64,000 nt of DNA from Alphaproteobacteria bacterium (GCA_963555825.3 CAUVXB020000002.1:832001-896000); one strand, 5' to 3'. Numbered from the stretch's first letter, positions 29,355 to 40,359 are shown. Notes: generated by a model from the letters alone, not told the origin. Program-made: numbers and translations.

Positions 29355-30119
29355 TCAGTTAGCAGTCGGGGTTTGACGCCTGCGGCTCTGGTTGAGCCTG
29401 TAGCTGTCACCGTTCATCTCGAGGATGTTGACGTGGTGGGTGAGGCGATCGAGGAGCGCGCCGGTGAGGCGCTCGGAGCCGAACACCTCGGTCCATTCGT
29501 CGAAGGGCAGATTGGTGGTGACCAGGGTCGAGCCCCGCTCGTAGCGTTGGCTGAACACCTCGAACAACAGCTCGGCGCCGGTCTTCGACAGCGGCACGAA
29601 GCCGAGTTCGTCGACGATCAGAAGCTTGTAGGTGGCGAGCTTCTTCTGGAACCTCAGCAGCTGCTTGTCATCGCGGGCCTCGATGAGTTCGTGGACCAGC
29701 GCGGCGGCGGTGATGAAGCCGACCGAGAGGCCCTTCTGGCAGGCCGCCAGGCCGAGACCGAGGGCGATGTGGGTCTTGCCGGTCCCACTGTTGCCGAGCG
29801 CGATGAGGTTCTCGCGGCGCTCGATGTACTCGCAGCGGGCCAGCTCCAGGACCAGCGCCTTGTTGAGCGAGGGGATGACCTTGAAGTCGAAGCTGTCGAG
29901 GCTCTTGACCACGGGGAAGCGCGCCGCCTTGATGCGCCGCTCGACCATGCGGCGCTCGCGGTCGATCAGCTCGAGCTCGGCGAGTCTCAACAGGTAGCGG
30001 ACGTGATCGACGCCTTCCGAGGCGCACTGCCGGGCGATCTTGTCGTACTCGCGCAGGAAGGTCGGCAGCTTCAGCGTCTTGAGGTGGTGGGCGAGCAGCA
30101 CTTGCGGTGTGTCGGTCAT
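29355..30119 (-). CDS. istB: IS21 helper ATPase
   Basis: GNSGTGKTH, LLIVDELG and LLDRLTHH motifs. Confidence 0.93.
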   Translation of the reverse strand: MTDTPQVLLAHHLKTLKLPTFLREYDKIARQCASEGVDHVRYLLRLAELELIDRERRMVERRIKAARFPVVKSLDSFDFKVIPSLNKALVLELARCEYIERRENLIALGNSGTGKTHIALGLGLAACQKGLSVGFITAAALVHELIEARDDKQLLRFQKKLATYKLLIVDELGFVPLSKTGAELLFEVFSQRYERGSTLVTTNLPFDEWTEVFGSERLTGALLDRLTHHVNILEMNGDSYRLNQSRRRQTPTAN

Positions 30120-31615
30120 GCGCCGAGCCCCGACAGCAGGCTCATGTACGACTTGGCGGACGTCATCGCGACCCGGGCGCGCGGCAGATACGGATAGACG
30201 TCGAGGTTGAGCCTGGGCGGCCGCCGCTCGATGCGGCACAGTACCAGGTGCTTCACCGCATCAAAGCCGATTGCGCCGAGCCGCAGGGCGTCGCCGACCG
30301 CACCCTCGACCTCCTCGAGCCGGAAGGTCTCCAGTAGACGGAGCACCTGGACGTACTCGCGCTTGCCTGCCTTGCCCATACGAGCTTCGAGGAGCCGCCG
30401 CAGAGTGATGAAGGCCTCGGGCAGGTCCCAGCCCGCCAATGGCGCGGCCTGGTCGAGGGCGCCGATCTTCTGCTCGATCAAGGGCAGGTAATGCAGCGGG
30501 TCGAAGATCAGGTCCTCGCTGTCGTAGGACCGGCGGTGCCGGGCGATCACCTCGGCCCCGCAGCTGATCACCACCTCATCGACGTAGCCCCGGATGAGCA
30601 CCTCACGGTGGCCGTAGGCCACGGGCACGGAATAGTCGTTGCTGCGGTAACGCACCAGCGACAGCGAACTCGCCCGTCCAGGGCGCTTATCGCAGGCATC
30701 ATAGGGAGCAGGCGGCAATGGCAAGAGAACTTGACGATCCCGCTCGAGACGCTCGCCGATGGTCTCCTTGTGGCCCCGCAGCCGCGCCGCCTGGCGCCGG
30801 CGGCACTGTTCGGCGAGAGCATCGTTGAGGGCCGCGAAGCTCTCGGCACGCGGGACGGGGACCAGGAAGTTCCGCCGGATGAAGCCGACCAGTCCCTCGA
30901 CCTTGCCCTTGTCGTTGCCCTTGCCCGGCCGGCCGAACCTGTCCTCGAACAGATAGTGGGACTGAAGCTCCGTGAAGACGCGCGTTCGCTGCCGCTTCCC
31001 ATCGCCCAGGATCCGGGCAACCGCCAGCTTGGTGTTGTCGTACAGGATGGATCGGGGGACGCCGCCGAAGAAGGCAAACGCCGCGTTGTGGCCATCGCAG
31101 AATGCTTCGGTCGTCTCCGCCGGATAGGCCGCAACAAAGCAACCATCACTGTGGGGAAGGTCGAAGGCAAGGAAGTGGATCTTCCGTAACGCGCCGCCGA
31201 TCACCGCCATCGCTTCGCCGAAGTCCGCCTGGGCGTGACCGGGGGAATGGGAGAGTGGCACGAACACCTCACGCGACCGAAGCCCCTGCTCACGAACGTA
31301 GTCCTTCACGATGGTGTAGCCGCCCGTGAAACCGTACTCGTCCCGGAGGCGGTCGAAGATGCGCTTCGCAGTGTGCCGTTGCTTGCGGTGGCTGGTCCGA
31401 TCGTCTTCCAAGATCCGATCGATGATTCCCGTGAACGGACCCAGCTTTGGCCGCCTCGGCGGCGCGCTTCGGCGATACCCTGGCGGCACCGAGAACGACA
31501 GCATCTTACGGACCGTCTTGCGGTCTACACCAAACACCCGCGAGGCCTCGCGGGTGCTCATCCCCTCGACACGACACGCCCGCCGAACCCGTGCGTACAA
31601 CTCCACCCGATACAT
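30116..31615 (-). CDS. istA: IS21 transposase
   Basis: AQADFG, YDN and KGKVE DDE motifs. Confidence 0.93.
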   Translation of the reverse strand: MYRVELYARVRRACRVEGMSTREASRVFGVDRKTVRKMLSFSVPPGYRRSAPPRRPKLGPFTGIIDRILEDDRTSHRKQRHTAKRIFDRLRDEYGFTGGYTIVKDYVREQGLRSREVFVPLSHSPGHAQADFGEAMAVIGGALRKIHFLAFDLPHSDGCFVAAYPAETTEAFCDGHNAAFAFFGGVPRSILYDNTKLAVARILGDGKRQRTRVFTELQSHYLFEDRFGRPGKGNDKGKVEGLVGFIRRNFLVPVPRAESFAALNDALAEQCRRRQAARLRGHKETIGERLERDRQVLLPLPPAPYDACDKRPGRASSLSLVRYRSNDYSVPVAYGHREVLIRGYVDEVVISCGAEVIARHRRSYDSEDLIFDPLHYLPLIEQKIGALDQAAPLAGWDLPEAFITLRRLLEARMGKAGKREYVQVLRLLETFRLEEVEGAVGDALRLGAIGFDAVKHLVLCRIERRPPRLNLDVYPYLPRARVAMTSAKSYMSLLSGLGA

Positions 31616-31733
31616 CCCCCCCGCCTTCCAGTCAGAGCAACCCTGACAGAAGGCTATACGCGGTCCCATTTTGGTCCGCCGCAGCCGGATCGACCGGCCG
31701 CTTCAGTGGGGGATTATTGCTCTGCCGTTCTCA

Positions 31734-31889
31734 TTTGCACTAGCCCAACCCTAAACCGGAACCGCGATGGCCTCCGCTATGGATAGCCGGCTTGCCTACG
31801 CCAGACTCTCGGCGGTCGCTACGGCAAGCCGCCTACCCACAGCTACCAGAGGCTCCAACAACTCCTACACCACGTCCTGGGACACAATC
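31734..31889. mobile_element. Probable terminal remnant of another mobile element
   Basis: Hairpin GGCTTGCC..GGCAAGCC, then CTACACCACGTCCTGGGACAC abutting the truncated zinc-ribbon gene; family not identified. Confidence 0.35.
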
Positions 31890-32004
31890 CAAAGTTGTTT
31901 TCTGCATGAGCTAATCTGCCTGCACAATAAGGGCAACCATTGCCTCGCGCTCGATTGCGGATGTTAGCTTCCCAATTATGCCCACGCTCACAGACCCACC
32001 AGAC

Positions 32005-33658
32005 GGGTGCGAGTCTCGCATGGCAGTGATGTCTGCGGCTTGGTTCGTTGAGTTCAGGCAGCGATTGCCATGGCTGCTGCACGTGGACTGATGTTGTCGT
32101 TGGCCGGTGTGTCGGTTGCGCTGATCAGGGCCTTCCATGCCCGCTCGAAGCGGCCGGATTTGATCAGGGCGCGGAAGGTCAGAACAGCCTGTCCGCCGAC
32201 GATCCGCCAGCGCATGCCGGAGCGCTTCATGCGCTGTGTCACCAGGGTCTTGTTGGCAGCTTCGACCACGCCTGAGCCGATGGCGATGCCCTCTTCCTTC
32301 AGGGCGTGGTAGCGCATGCGATGGCGATGCTTGCGGAAGAAGGCGAGTTCCCGCTCGGTCTCGGCCCGGTCCGGCGCAGCGGCGGCATCGCGAAGGTGGC
32401 GCAGCGCCCGGATCACCTTGGCGACGCCACGGGGATCGTGACGGAGGATCTCGCGGTACTTCTCGAACCAGCCGGGCGCCACGGCATGGTCGGACGCGGT
32501 TTGCAGATGTTCGCAAGCATGCCAGAAGTCGATCACCTCGGTTTCGGGCGACAGGGTCTCCAGGAAGGTCCAGTTGTCGGCGGCGCCATCGGCGATAGCG
32601 ACGATCCCGATCTCGGGGCGTGCTCGCCTGATGTGTGCGACTTCGCTTGCAAGCTGCGCCTTCAGCGTGAGCTTGCCGCTCTCCGGCATGCGGCCGAGAT
32701 AGAGGGTCTTCAGGCGCTTGCCCTCGGCGTCGTGGAAGGAGACCGTGCCGCAGGCAGCCTCGCGCCAGGAGGCCTTGGCGCGACCGTCCTCGCCGGGTCT
32801 CAGCGGCACCATGACGCCGTCGAGGGAGACCGAGGCGGTGGTCGCGTCCTGCGGTATGCCCTCGGCCTCACGGATGCTGCCCAGCGTCTCCGGGCCGAGG
32901 CTCTCCCAGCATTCGTGCATGCTCAGGGTCAGGCGCTGCAGGGTGCTCACCGACGGCGTCATGGCGCCGGTCTTCGCAAAGAACGCCGCCGCTTCCCGGG
33001 CCGTGCAGTGACCCATCATCAGCAGACCGAGCTCGGCCGCCGGCCGCGTCAGGTAATCGTCGACGAGGCCCAGGCTCTCGTCGACCGGCACCGGCGATGC
33101 CCCGCTCGCGCCGCTGCGGTAACGCGCTCGCCGGTAGGTCACCGGACCGAGCGAGGTCATGATCGTCTTCGGCGTCACCGCGACCCGGAACCAGCTCTGC
33201 CCGTCCCGCTCGATCCGGGAAGCGCCATCGTCCCGGTTCTCGATGACGGCGCCCATGACATCGCGAGCGAACTCGTTCGTGGCCTCACGCACCCGCAACT
33301 CGACCTCCTCGGGCGCCTCGGGGCGCGGCTCGGAACGAAGCTCCTCGCGACACAGTGCGAGCACCCGGGCGGCCGCCTCGACGACCCGAGGAGGCAGGCC
33401 GGAAAGATCGATGGACGAAGGCGCCGGAGGCGGGGATACTGCCATGGGAATGCTCCCGATGTTGGGTTTCGAGACACGGCATCGTACCGCTTCTGGCGGT
33501 GCGGAGCGTTCCCACCTTCCCCTGCTCGACCCTGCCGTCGTAACAAAATCCTGCCTTGGAGCGGCCCATTGTCACGAATAGCCGATTTCGGCCGTTCGTC
33601 TCGACACAAAAAACGCACTAAATCAATGACTTAGATTTTCCATACCAGGCCCACACCC
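32005..33658 (-). mobile_element. ISKra4 family element, copy 1 (1654 bp)
   Basis: GGGTG ends; 8-bp DR CACCAGAC. Confidence 0.88.
32054..33445 (-). CDS. ISKra4 family transposase
   Basis: SLDG, ADGA, DFWHACEHL and GSGVVEAANK..RMKRSGMRW motifs. Confidence 0.88.
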   Translation of the reverse strand: MAVSPPPAPSSIDLSGLPPRVVEAAARVLALCREELRSEPRPEAPEEVELRVREATNEFARDVMGAVIENRDDGASRIERDGQSWFRVAVTPKTIMTSLGPVTYRRARYRSGASGASPVPVDESLGLVDDYLTRPAAELGLLMMGHCTAREAAAFFAKTGAMTPSVSTLQRLTLSMHECWESLGPETLGSIREAEGIPQDATTASVSLDGVMVPLRPGEDGRAKASWREAACGTVSFHDAEGKRLKTLYLGRMPESGKLTLKAQLASEVAHIRRARPEIGIVAIADGAADNWTFLETLSPETEVIDFWHACEHLQTASDHAVAPGWFEKYREILRHDPRGVAKVIRALRHLRDAAAAPDRAETERELAFFRKHRHRMRYHALKEEGIAIGSGVVEAANKTLVTQRMKRSGMRWRIVGGQAVLTFRALIKSGRFERAWKALISATDTPANDNISPRAAAMAIAA

Positions 33659-34071
33659 CACCAGACCCTCTGTTGGCTGCCCGACGTCACGTCGTAGGGA
33701 GTTAACTCACCGTTCCTGGTTAGATGCCATTCGTTGGCAAGCTGGGGATTTCTTACGGCAAAGTTGTTTTCGGCGTCAGCTATTCTGCCTGTGCAATAAG
33801 GGCAACCACTGCCATGGGTCCGATGTCGGATGGTGGTATCCCACTCATGCCCGCGCTTACAAAGCCACCAGGCTCTTTTACCGCTTCCGGGCGTCACGTC
33901 GTAGGGAGCTAAATCACCGTTCTTCGTTGGGTGCCACTCCTTTGCGAGGACCGGTCCTTGTACGGCGAGATTGTTGTCAGCACGAACCTTCTGCCCTGCA
34001 CAATAAGGGCAGCCAATGCCGCGCGTTCGATTGCCGATAAGAGCTTCCCACTCATGCCCACGCTCACAGAC

Positions 34072-35522
34072 GGGGATGTCCCGGGCTCTGTTGAAAAGCT
34101 GAAGTAGGCGTCGTCCGCCTGGAGCCGCTAGGCTCTGGGTGCTGATTCCATCAAGGAGAACGACGCCATGACCAAGACTACACGCAACGACCGTTCCTCG
34201 GAACCATCCTGTCGGCTCTTGCCATCGATGCCGGAGGCCTTCGACGATCTGCGCATGAGCGTCGATCGCTTCTGCCTTTTGGCGGGCCTCGAGTCTTTGA
34301 ACGAGATGATGTCGGCGGACGCGGAAGCCTTGTGCGGTTCGCGCCACGCCCGCTCGGGCGAGCGCAAGGGCCATCGATGGGGCACGACCCGGAGCGAGAT
34401 CGCCTACCACGGCGGCAAAGTGAAGGTCGAGCGCCCTCGGGTGCGGGACTTCGCGGGTCGGGAGATGAGCCTGCCGAGTTGGGAGCTGCTGTCGGAACCC
34501 GAACTCTTGCAAGCCTGGGCGATGAATCTGATGGTGATCAACGTCTCGACCCGCAAGTATGCCCGCGCGGTGCGCCTGCCGGACGATGCGGGCGGCGATC
34601 TGCCGGCGGCATCGGGTGACGCAACCTCGAAGTCGGCGGTCTCGCGCCGTTTCGTGGCGTTGACGCGAAGCAAGCTGAAGGCCTGGCTGGCGAGCCCGCT
34701 CGACGATCTCGATCTCGTGGTGCTCCAGATCGACGGGCTCCATGTCGGCGATCACCTGATGGTGGCGGCGATCGGCATCGACACCGGCGGCGCGAAGCAC
34801 GTGCTGGGCCTGGCCGAGGGCGCGACGGAGAACGCGGCCACGGTGCAAGCCATGCTCGACAACCTGATCGAGCGCGGTCTCGATCCCGAACGGCCTCGGC
34901 TCTACATCGTCGACGGCGCCAAGGCGCTCTCGAAGGCGATCCGGCGGACCTTCGGGCGGGCGGCGGCCCTCCAGCGCTGCCAGGTGCACAAGGGGCGCAA
35001 CATCACGGACCGGCTGGACGAGAGCCTCCATGCCGGCGTCAGGAAGGTCTTGCGGCAGGCCTGGCAGCAGGACGACGCGGCCAAGGCCGAACGGCTCTTG
35101 CGCAACCTCGCCCGCCGTCTGGAGCATGACGCACCCGGCGTCTCGGGCTCGATCCTGGAGGGCCTGGACGATATCCTGACCGTGATCCGGCTCGGCCTCC
35201 CGCCGCAACTTCGACACTCGCTGGCTTGCACCAACGCCATCGAGAACGCGATCGGCACCGTCCGGACGGTGCAGCGGAACGTCAAGCGCTGGCGCAACGC
35301 CGAGATGGCGCTGCGTTGGACCGCCGCCGGCCTCTTGGAGGCGCAAAAGACCTTCCGCCGCCTCAAGGCCTACCGCCAGCTCCCCGTCCTTGACGCCGCC
35401 CTGCGGGAGGCGGTGAGAAAGGCCGGAGCAAAGTCCGTCATTGAAGACATCGAGGTGGCCGCGTAGCCTCTCGATCAGACGATGCCTATCTCGCACTTTT
35501 CAACATTGGGCGGGACATCGCC
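34072..35522 (+). mobile_element. IS256 family element
   Basis: IR GG(G/C)GATGTCCCG..TGTTGAAAAG; ends uncertain by about 3 bp. Confidence 0.85.
34168..35466 (+). CDS. IS256 family transposase
   Basis: IDG, VDGAKAL, QRCQVHK and TNAIE motifs. Confidence 0.92.
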   Translation: MTKTTRNDRSSEPSCRLLPSMPEAFDDLRMSVDRFCLLAGLESLNEMMSADAEALCGSRHARSGERKGHRWGTTRSEIAYHGGKVKVERPRVRDFAGREMSLPSWELLSEPELLQAWAMNLMVINVSTRKYARAVRLPDDAGGDLPAASGDATSKSAVSRRFVALTRSKLKAWLASPLDDLDLVVLQIDGLHVGDHLMVAAIGIDTGGAKHVLGLAEGATENAATVQAMLDNLIERGLDPERPRLYIVDGAKALSKAIRRTFGRAAALQRCQVHKGRNITDRLDESLHAGVRKVLRQAWQQDDAAKAERLLRNLARRLEHDAPGVSGSILEGLDDILTVIRLGLPPQLRHSLACTNAIENAIGTVRTVQRNVKRWRNAEMALRWTAAGLLEAQKTFRRLKAYRQLPVLDAALREAVRKAGAKSVIEDIEVAA

Positions 35523-35528
35523 CTCTCA

Positions 35529-36702
35529 TACCGACTCCGCCTGAATGATTCGGTTGCGACGGATTCCCGTTGGAATCGGAAAGGGTTAGGATCCGTAGTC
35601 ATGATTCGCGGAGGGGCGGGACATGGCGCATGTCGAGGAACATTTGCAGCTTTCTGAGTTGGAGGGACGGTATCGCTCGGCGTCGGAGGCGACGGAGGCG
35701 CGGCACTTCCAGGTGATCTGGCTTTTGGCCAAAGGCCATACGGTTCGCGAAGTGTCGGAGATGACGAGTTTCGGCCAACGCTGGCTCGAACAATTGCTTT
35801 CTCGCTACAACAAGCTCGGCCCGTCGTCGCTGGGCGATCGTCGACGCTCGAACGGCTCCGAGGCGACGATCCTGAAGCCGGAAGTCCTGGCGGTGTTGAA
35901 AGAGCGCCTGAAAAAGCCGCCGGCGGACGGCGGCTTGTGGTCTGGGCCGAAGGTGGCGGCTTGGATGGCGGGCGAACTGGGCTTGGAGACGGTGGCGCCG
36001 CAACGGGGCTGGGAGGCGCTGAAGGCAGTCGAGTGGAGTTTGCAGGTGCCCAGGCCGAACAACCCCGGGGCGGCGAGCGAGGAAGAACGCCAGGCGTTTA
36101 AAAAAAACTTCACCGCCTGGTCGCGGAAGAAGCCGAGCGCCACCCCGGCACGCCGATCGAAGTCTTCGCCAGCGACGAACACCGGCTCGGTCTGAAGCCA
36201 TTGGCCCGGCGCTGCTGGGCGCCGCGCGGGATGCGCCCGGTGGCGCTCGGCCACCACCGCTTCAAATGGCTCTACGTCACCGCCCTCGTCTCGCCGACCA
36301 GCGGAGAGACCTTTTGGTACATCTCCAATTGTGTCTCCAAGCCATTCTTCGAGAAGCTGCTCGCCCTCTTCGCCCGCGAGGCCGGCGCTGGGCAGAGCCG
36401 CATCATCATCCTGGTGATCGACGGCGCCGGGTGGCACACGGCGCCGAACCTCACGGTGCCGGAAGGCCTCCACCTCGTCTACTTGCCGCCCTATACGCCC
36501 CAGCTGCAACCGGCCGAATGTCTCTGGCCCGTACTCGACGAGCCGGTCGCAAACAGACACTTCGAGACCATCGAGGAACTCGACGCCGTCGTCGCCCGGC
36601 GCTGCCTCACTCTCGATGCCAATCCCGAACTCTTCAAGGGGCGTATCGACTTCCACTGGTGGCCCAAAACCATCTATCCGAACTGATCAGCCGGATGCGG
36701 TA
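35529..36702 (+). mobile_element. IS630 family element
   Basis: IR TACCG..TCCG.CTGA; flanked by TCA on both sides. Confidence 0.88.
35623..36686 (+). CDS. IS630 transposase, two ORFs joined by a probable -1 frameshift
   Basis: HTH orfA; TTTAAAAAAAAC near 36097; DEHRLG, DGAGWH and LPPYTPQLQPAE motifs. Confidence 0.88.
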
Positions 36703-37111
36703 TCACAGACCCACCATACCCTTGTGGCTGCCCGGCTTCACGTCGTAGGGAGTTAACTCACCGTTCCTGGTTGGATGCCATTCGTTGGCAAGCTCGGAGC
36801 CCGTTACGGCAAGATTGTTAGTGCTATTCGCCATTTCTCCGATTTGTACCACAATGTTACATTGTTTAGTCTCGCCTTTCACGCAAGCTGCACTGGCTGG
36901 GAAGAAGTAATTTTCGCGATAAGGGGCGGTTTTCCAGAACAACGAGGTATGGGCGAGGTCCGATGACGGTTGGGAGACATGCGCAGATCGAGCGGGTGGA
37001 TATGGTTGCCACAGCGTCCCGATTGTGGCGGCTATGCCGCCGATGCGGAAGCGCGGCGCGATGCCGCGACATGGCTCGCCGAAATCAACCTATGGTAGAG
37101 GAACAACAAAA

Positions 37112-39226
37112 TTAGGCAATGCCGAGTTCCTGCTTCTTACGGTGGCTCCACGCCTGGATGATGCGATCGGTGATCATGGCGATCAGGGCCATACCGCCGC
37201 CGGCGATGACACCGGTGCCGAAATTGGACTGGGTGACGCTCTCCAGGGTGAGCTGGCCCAGCCCCTTGGTGCCGATGAGCGCGGCGATGACCAGCATGGC
37301 GAGGCCGTACATGACGGTCTGGTTGAGGCCCAGCATGATCTCGGGCAGCGCCAGGGGCAACTTGACCTGCCGCAGAATTTGGCCTTGGGTGCAGCCCATC
37401 GATTCGGCGGCCTCGACGACCTCGGCGTCGACGTTCCTGAGGCCGAACTCGGTATAGCGGATGGAGGGCACGACTGCGTACATCATGATCGCCAGCAGGG
37501 CCGAGAACTCGCCGACCCGAAAGAACATGATCACCGGGATCAAAAAGACGAACAGCGGCATGGTCTGAAGCGAGTCGTTGATCGGCCGGATGAAGGCCGA
37601 GAACCGGTCGCTGTTGGCGGCAAGGATGCCGAGGGAGGCGCCCAGCACGAAGGACAGGAACACCGCCGCCGAGGCCAGATAGACGGTCAGCATGGCGCGC
37701 TCCCACTCGCCCGATACCAAAATGAAGAGCAGCCCGAGCGCGGCGAACAGACCGAGGCGCCAGCCGCCCACCTGGCTGGCCAGGACGACGACGACGACGA
37801 TGAAGGCGGGCCACGGCGTGCCCATGGTGCCGAAGAAGAAGACGGTGGCGCCGATGACGACGCCCACCGCGGCGCGCCAGCTCCAGCTCCGCCAGGCGGC
37901 GGCGGTCAGGCCGAGCACGAAGACGGCGTACCCCGCCGCCACCGTCGGCGTCATTCCGAAACCCCAGAAGCGTGGTATCACCGCGTGCTCGAGGCCGATG
38001 CGGATGGGCAGCATGAAGTAGTAGAGCGCCCAGGTCTTGATGGTCTTGGTCACCTCGAAATAGTTGACCGTCATGTAGGTGACCGCGTCGTTGATGATCG
38101 GCGCTAGATCGAACAACCCGGTCGTAGGAGAGTCACGCAGCGCCGGCGCGAACCTGGCGACGACGACGAACATCGCCACCAACGCCAAAGCCAGGATGAG
38201 ATGCCCGTGGCGCAGCAAGGGGCTGACCCGGCCGCGCACCCGCAGCGCGCCCGAGCGCTCGGTGAAGCCCCGGCTGATGCGGTCCATCATCATCGCCATC
38301 AGGGCGATGACGGCGCCGGCCAACAGGCTCTGGCCGGTTTGCGCCTTGCGCATGGTGCTGAGCACCTCCCAGCCGATATCGGCGAAGCCGCCGATGATGG
38401 CGGCGATGATGACCATCGAGAGCGCCGCCATGATCGTCTGGTTGACCCCCATCATGATGCCGTGCTTGGCCGCCGGGATCTGGACCGACCACAAAAGCTG
38501 GCGATCGGTGCAGCCCGACATCTGTCCCGATTCGACGATCTCGGCGGGCACCCGGCTGAGCGCCAGCATGACGTTGCGTACCATGGGCGGCACCGCGTAG
38601 ATGGCGCTGGCCACCAGACCGACCACGGGGCCGAAGCCGAACAGCAGCATGATCGGAACCAAGAACGCGAAGGTCGGCACCGTCTGCATGGCGTCGAGGG
38701 TCGGCTCGATGATGCGCCGGACCATGGGCGACTTGAAGCCGAGCAGGCCGAGCAGGAACCCGCCGCCGACCGATACCGGCACCGAGACGCCAACCAGCGC
38801 CAGGGTGTTCATGCTCTCGTCCCAATAGCCGACGACCACCATGTAAAGCGACGCCAGCATACTGAACAGGGCGAGGCGCCAGCCGGACGCGGCATGGGCC
38901 ATGACGGTGACGATGGCAATGGTCGCCGGCCAGGGCAGCCAGTGCAGCAGATCCTTGAGCCAGGTCATCGGCCAGTCGAGCAGCCAGCTTATGGCGCGGA
39001 ACAGCGGCTTGAAGACCAGGACGAACCAGTCCATCGCCACATTGCACCAGTCGCGGATCGGCGGTACCCCGTCGTCCGGGTAGCTGATCAGCCACGCGTG
39101 ATCCGTCCTCAAGTAGAAGCAGGCGGCGGCGATGACGGCGACGGCCAGCCAGGTGATCAGGCCCCAATCGCTGCGCCGCGGGGGCGCCTCTTCGAGCAGG
39201 CCGTGGGCGTCCTCGACGGTCGTCAT
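37112..39226 (-). CDS. proW: Quaternary-amine ABC permease with two fused ProW-like domains
   Basis: Two repeats of QT(V/M)P..F, G(V/L)NQT.M and EAA loops. Confidence 0.85.
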   Translation of the reverse strand: MTTVEDAHGLLEEAPPRRSDWGLITWLAVAVIAAACFYLRTDHAWLISYPDDGVPPIRDWCNVAMDWFVLVFKPLFRAISWLLDWPMTWLKDLLHWLPWPATIAIVTVMAHAASGWRLALFSMLASLYMVVVGYWDESMNTLALVGVSVPVSVGGGFLLGLLGFKSPMVRRIIEPTLDAMQTVPTFAFLVPIMLLFGFGPVVGLVASAIYAVPPMVRNVMLALSRVPAEIVESGQMSGCTDRQLLWSVQIPAAKHGIMMGVNQTIMAALSMVIIAAIIGGFADIGWEVLSTMRKAQTGQSLLAGAVIALMAMMMDRISRGFTERSGALRVRGRVSPLLRHGHLILALALVAMFVVVARFAPALRDSPTTGLFDLAPIINDAVTYMTVNYFEVTKTIKTWALYYFMLPIRIGLEHAVIPRFWGFGMTPTVAAGYAVFVLGLTAAAWRSWSWRAAVGVVIGATVFFFGTMGTPWPAFIVVVVVLASQVGGWRLGLFAALGLLFILVSGEWERAMLTVYLASAAVFLSFVLGASLGILAANSDRFSAFIRPINDSLQTMPLFVFLIPVIMFFRVGEFSALLAIMMYAVVPSIRYTEFGLRNVDAEVVEAAESMGCTQGQILRQVKLPLALPEIMLGLNQTVMYGLAMLVIAALIGTKGLGQLTLESVTQSNFGTGVIAGGGMALIAMITDRIIQAWSHRKKQELGIA

Positions 39227-40299
39227 TCGGGCTCGTCCTCGGCGCTGGCCAACGCGGTAAGCACGTCCTGCGCCGAAACCTGGCCGATGACCGCGCCGTC
39301 GGCGCCGGTCACCGCCACGGGCGTCATGCCCTTTCTGAAGCGGGGCATCAACTGCTCGAGCGTGGTGCCCGCGCCCACCGTAGCCCCGATTCCGGCATCC
39401 GAATCCGCCGGCGACATGATGTCACCGGCGGTGATGATCTTGACCCGGGGTACGTCCTGGGTGAACTCGGTGACGTATTCGTCGGCAGGCTGCATGACGA
39501 CCTCGGCGGGGGTGCCGATCTGGACGATCTCGCCGTCCTTCATGATGGCGATACGGTCGGCCAGGCGGAGCGCCTCGAGGAAGTCGTGGGTGATGAACAC
39601 GATGGTCTTGTGCAGCAGGCGCTGGAGGCGCAGGAACTCGTCCTGCATCTGGCGGCGGATCAGCGGGTCGAGCGCCGAGAAGGGCTCGTCGAGGAACCAC
39701 ACCGCGGGCTCGACGGCGAGGCTGCGGGCGATGCCGACGCGCTGCTGCTGGCCGCCCGAAAGCTGGCGCGGGAAGGCGGCTTCGCGGCCCTCGAGGCCGA
39801 CCAGATCGAGCATCTCCTGGGCCCGGGCGAATCGTTGTTCGCGCCCGATACCTTGGATCTTGAGGGGAAAAGCGACGTTCTCCAGCACGGTCAGATGCGG
39901 CATCAGGCCGAAGTTCTGGAACACCATGCCCATCTTGTGGCGCCTGATGTCGATTAGTTCGGCCTTGGAAACCTTGAGCAGGTCATCGCCGTCGAACAGC
40001 ACCGCGCCGGCGGTCGGCTCGACCAGGCGCGACAGGCAGCGCACCACGGTCGACTTGCCCGAGCCCGAAAGCCCCATGATGATGAAGATCTCGCCCTCGC
40101 GGACGTCGAAGCTCACGTCGCAGGCGGCGGCGATGTGCCCGGTGCTCCGGATCTGTTCGATATGGCCCGACGTGTCGGCGACGGCGCCGCCCGAATCGGT
40201 GAAGAAGCCCTCGGGCTCGGGCCCGTAGATCTTCCACAGGTTGCGGCACGACAGCTTGATCTCGCCGTTCGCCGCGCCTTCGCTGATGTTCTCGGACAT
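39223..40299 (-). CDS. proV: Quaternary-amine ABC ATP-binding subunit
   Basis: GLSGSGKS, LSGGQQQRVG and DEPFSALDPLIR motifs. Confidence 0.9.
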   Translation of the reverse strand: MSENISEGAANGEIKLSCRNLWKIYGPEPEGFFTDSGGAVADTSGHIEQIRSTGHIAAACDVSFDVREGEIFIIMGLSGSGKSTVVRCLSRLVEPTAGAVLFDGDDLLKVSKAELIDIRRHKMGMVFQNFGLMPHLTVLENVAFPLKIQGIGREQRFARAQEMLDLVGLEGREAAFPRQLSGGQQQRVGIARSLAVEPAVWFLDEPFSALDPLIRRQMQDEFLRLQRLLHKTIVFITHDFLEALRLADRIAIMKDGEIVQIGTPAEVVMQPADEYVTEFTQDVPRVKIITAGDIMSPADSDAGIGATVGAGTTLEQLMPRFRKGMTPVAVTGADGAVIGQVSAQDVLTALASAEDEPE

Positions 40300-40333
40300 C
40301 GACGGATGCCGTAGGATCGATAGGCTCATGCGA

Positions 40334-40359
40334 CGGGACCGGGCAATTGCCCGGTCCCG
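40334..40359. terminator. Perfect 26-bp palindrome after the binding-protein gene (mRNA-stabilising or attenuating hairpin)
   Basis: CGGGACCGGGCAATTGCCCGGTCCCG. Confidence 0.6.

Larger units (their letters stand above)
29164..31733 (-). mobile_element. IS21 family element, copy 1 (no target duplication)
   Basis: Ends TGTCAATGGCGGAGCAA and TGAGAACGGCAGAGCAA; contains istAB. Confidence 0.92.
31890..36834 (-). pseudogene. Zinc-ribbon repeat protein (DUF4379-like), broken by several IS and a frameshift
   Basis: Three units of about 68 aa, EWHPTxNG..PYDVxxGS..WWxCxRGHxW..CPYC, in pieces at 36703-36834, 33659-34071 and 31890-32004. Confidence 0.85.

Noticed and set aside
33631-35496. 621-aa transposase/zinc-ribbon fusion
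   Set aside because: It is the antisense of IS256 running by chance into a zinc-ribbon fragment.
31890-36834. Repeats of about 204 bp as a CRISPR array or DGR
   Set aside because: They are coding protein repeats, with no spacers, cas genes or reverse transcriptase.
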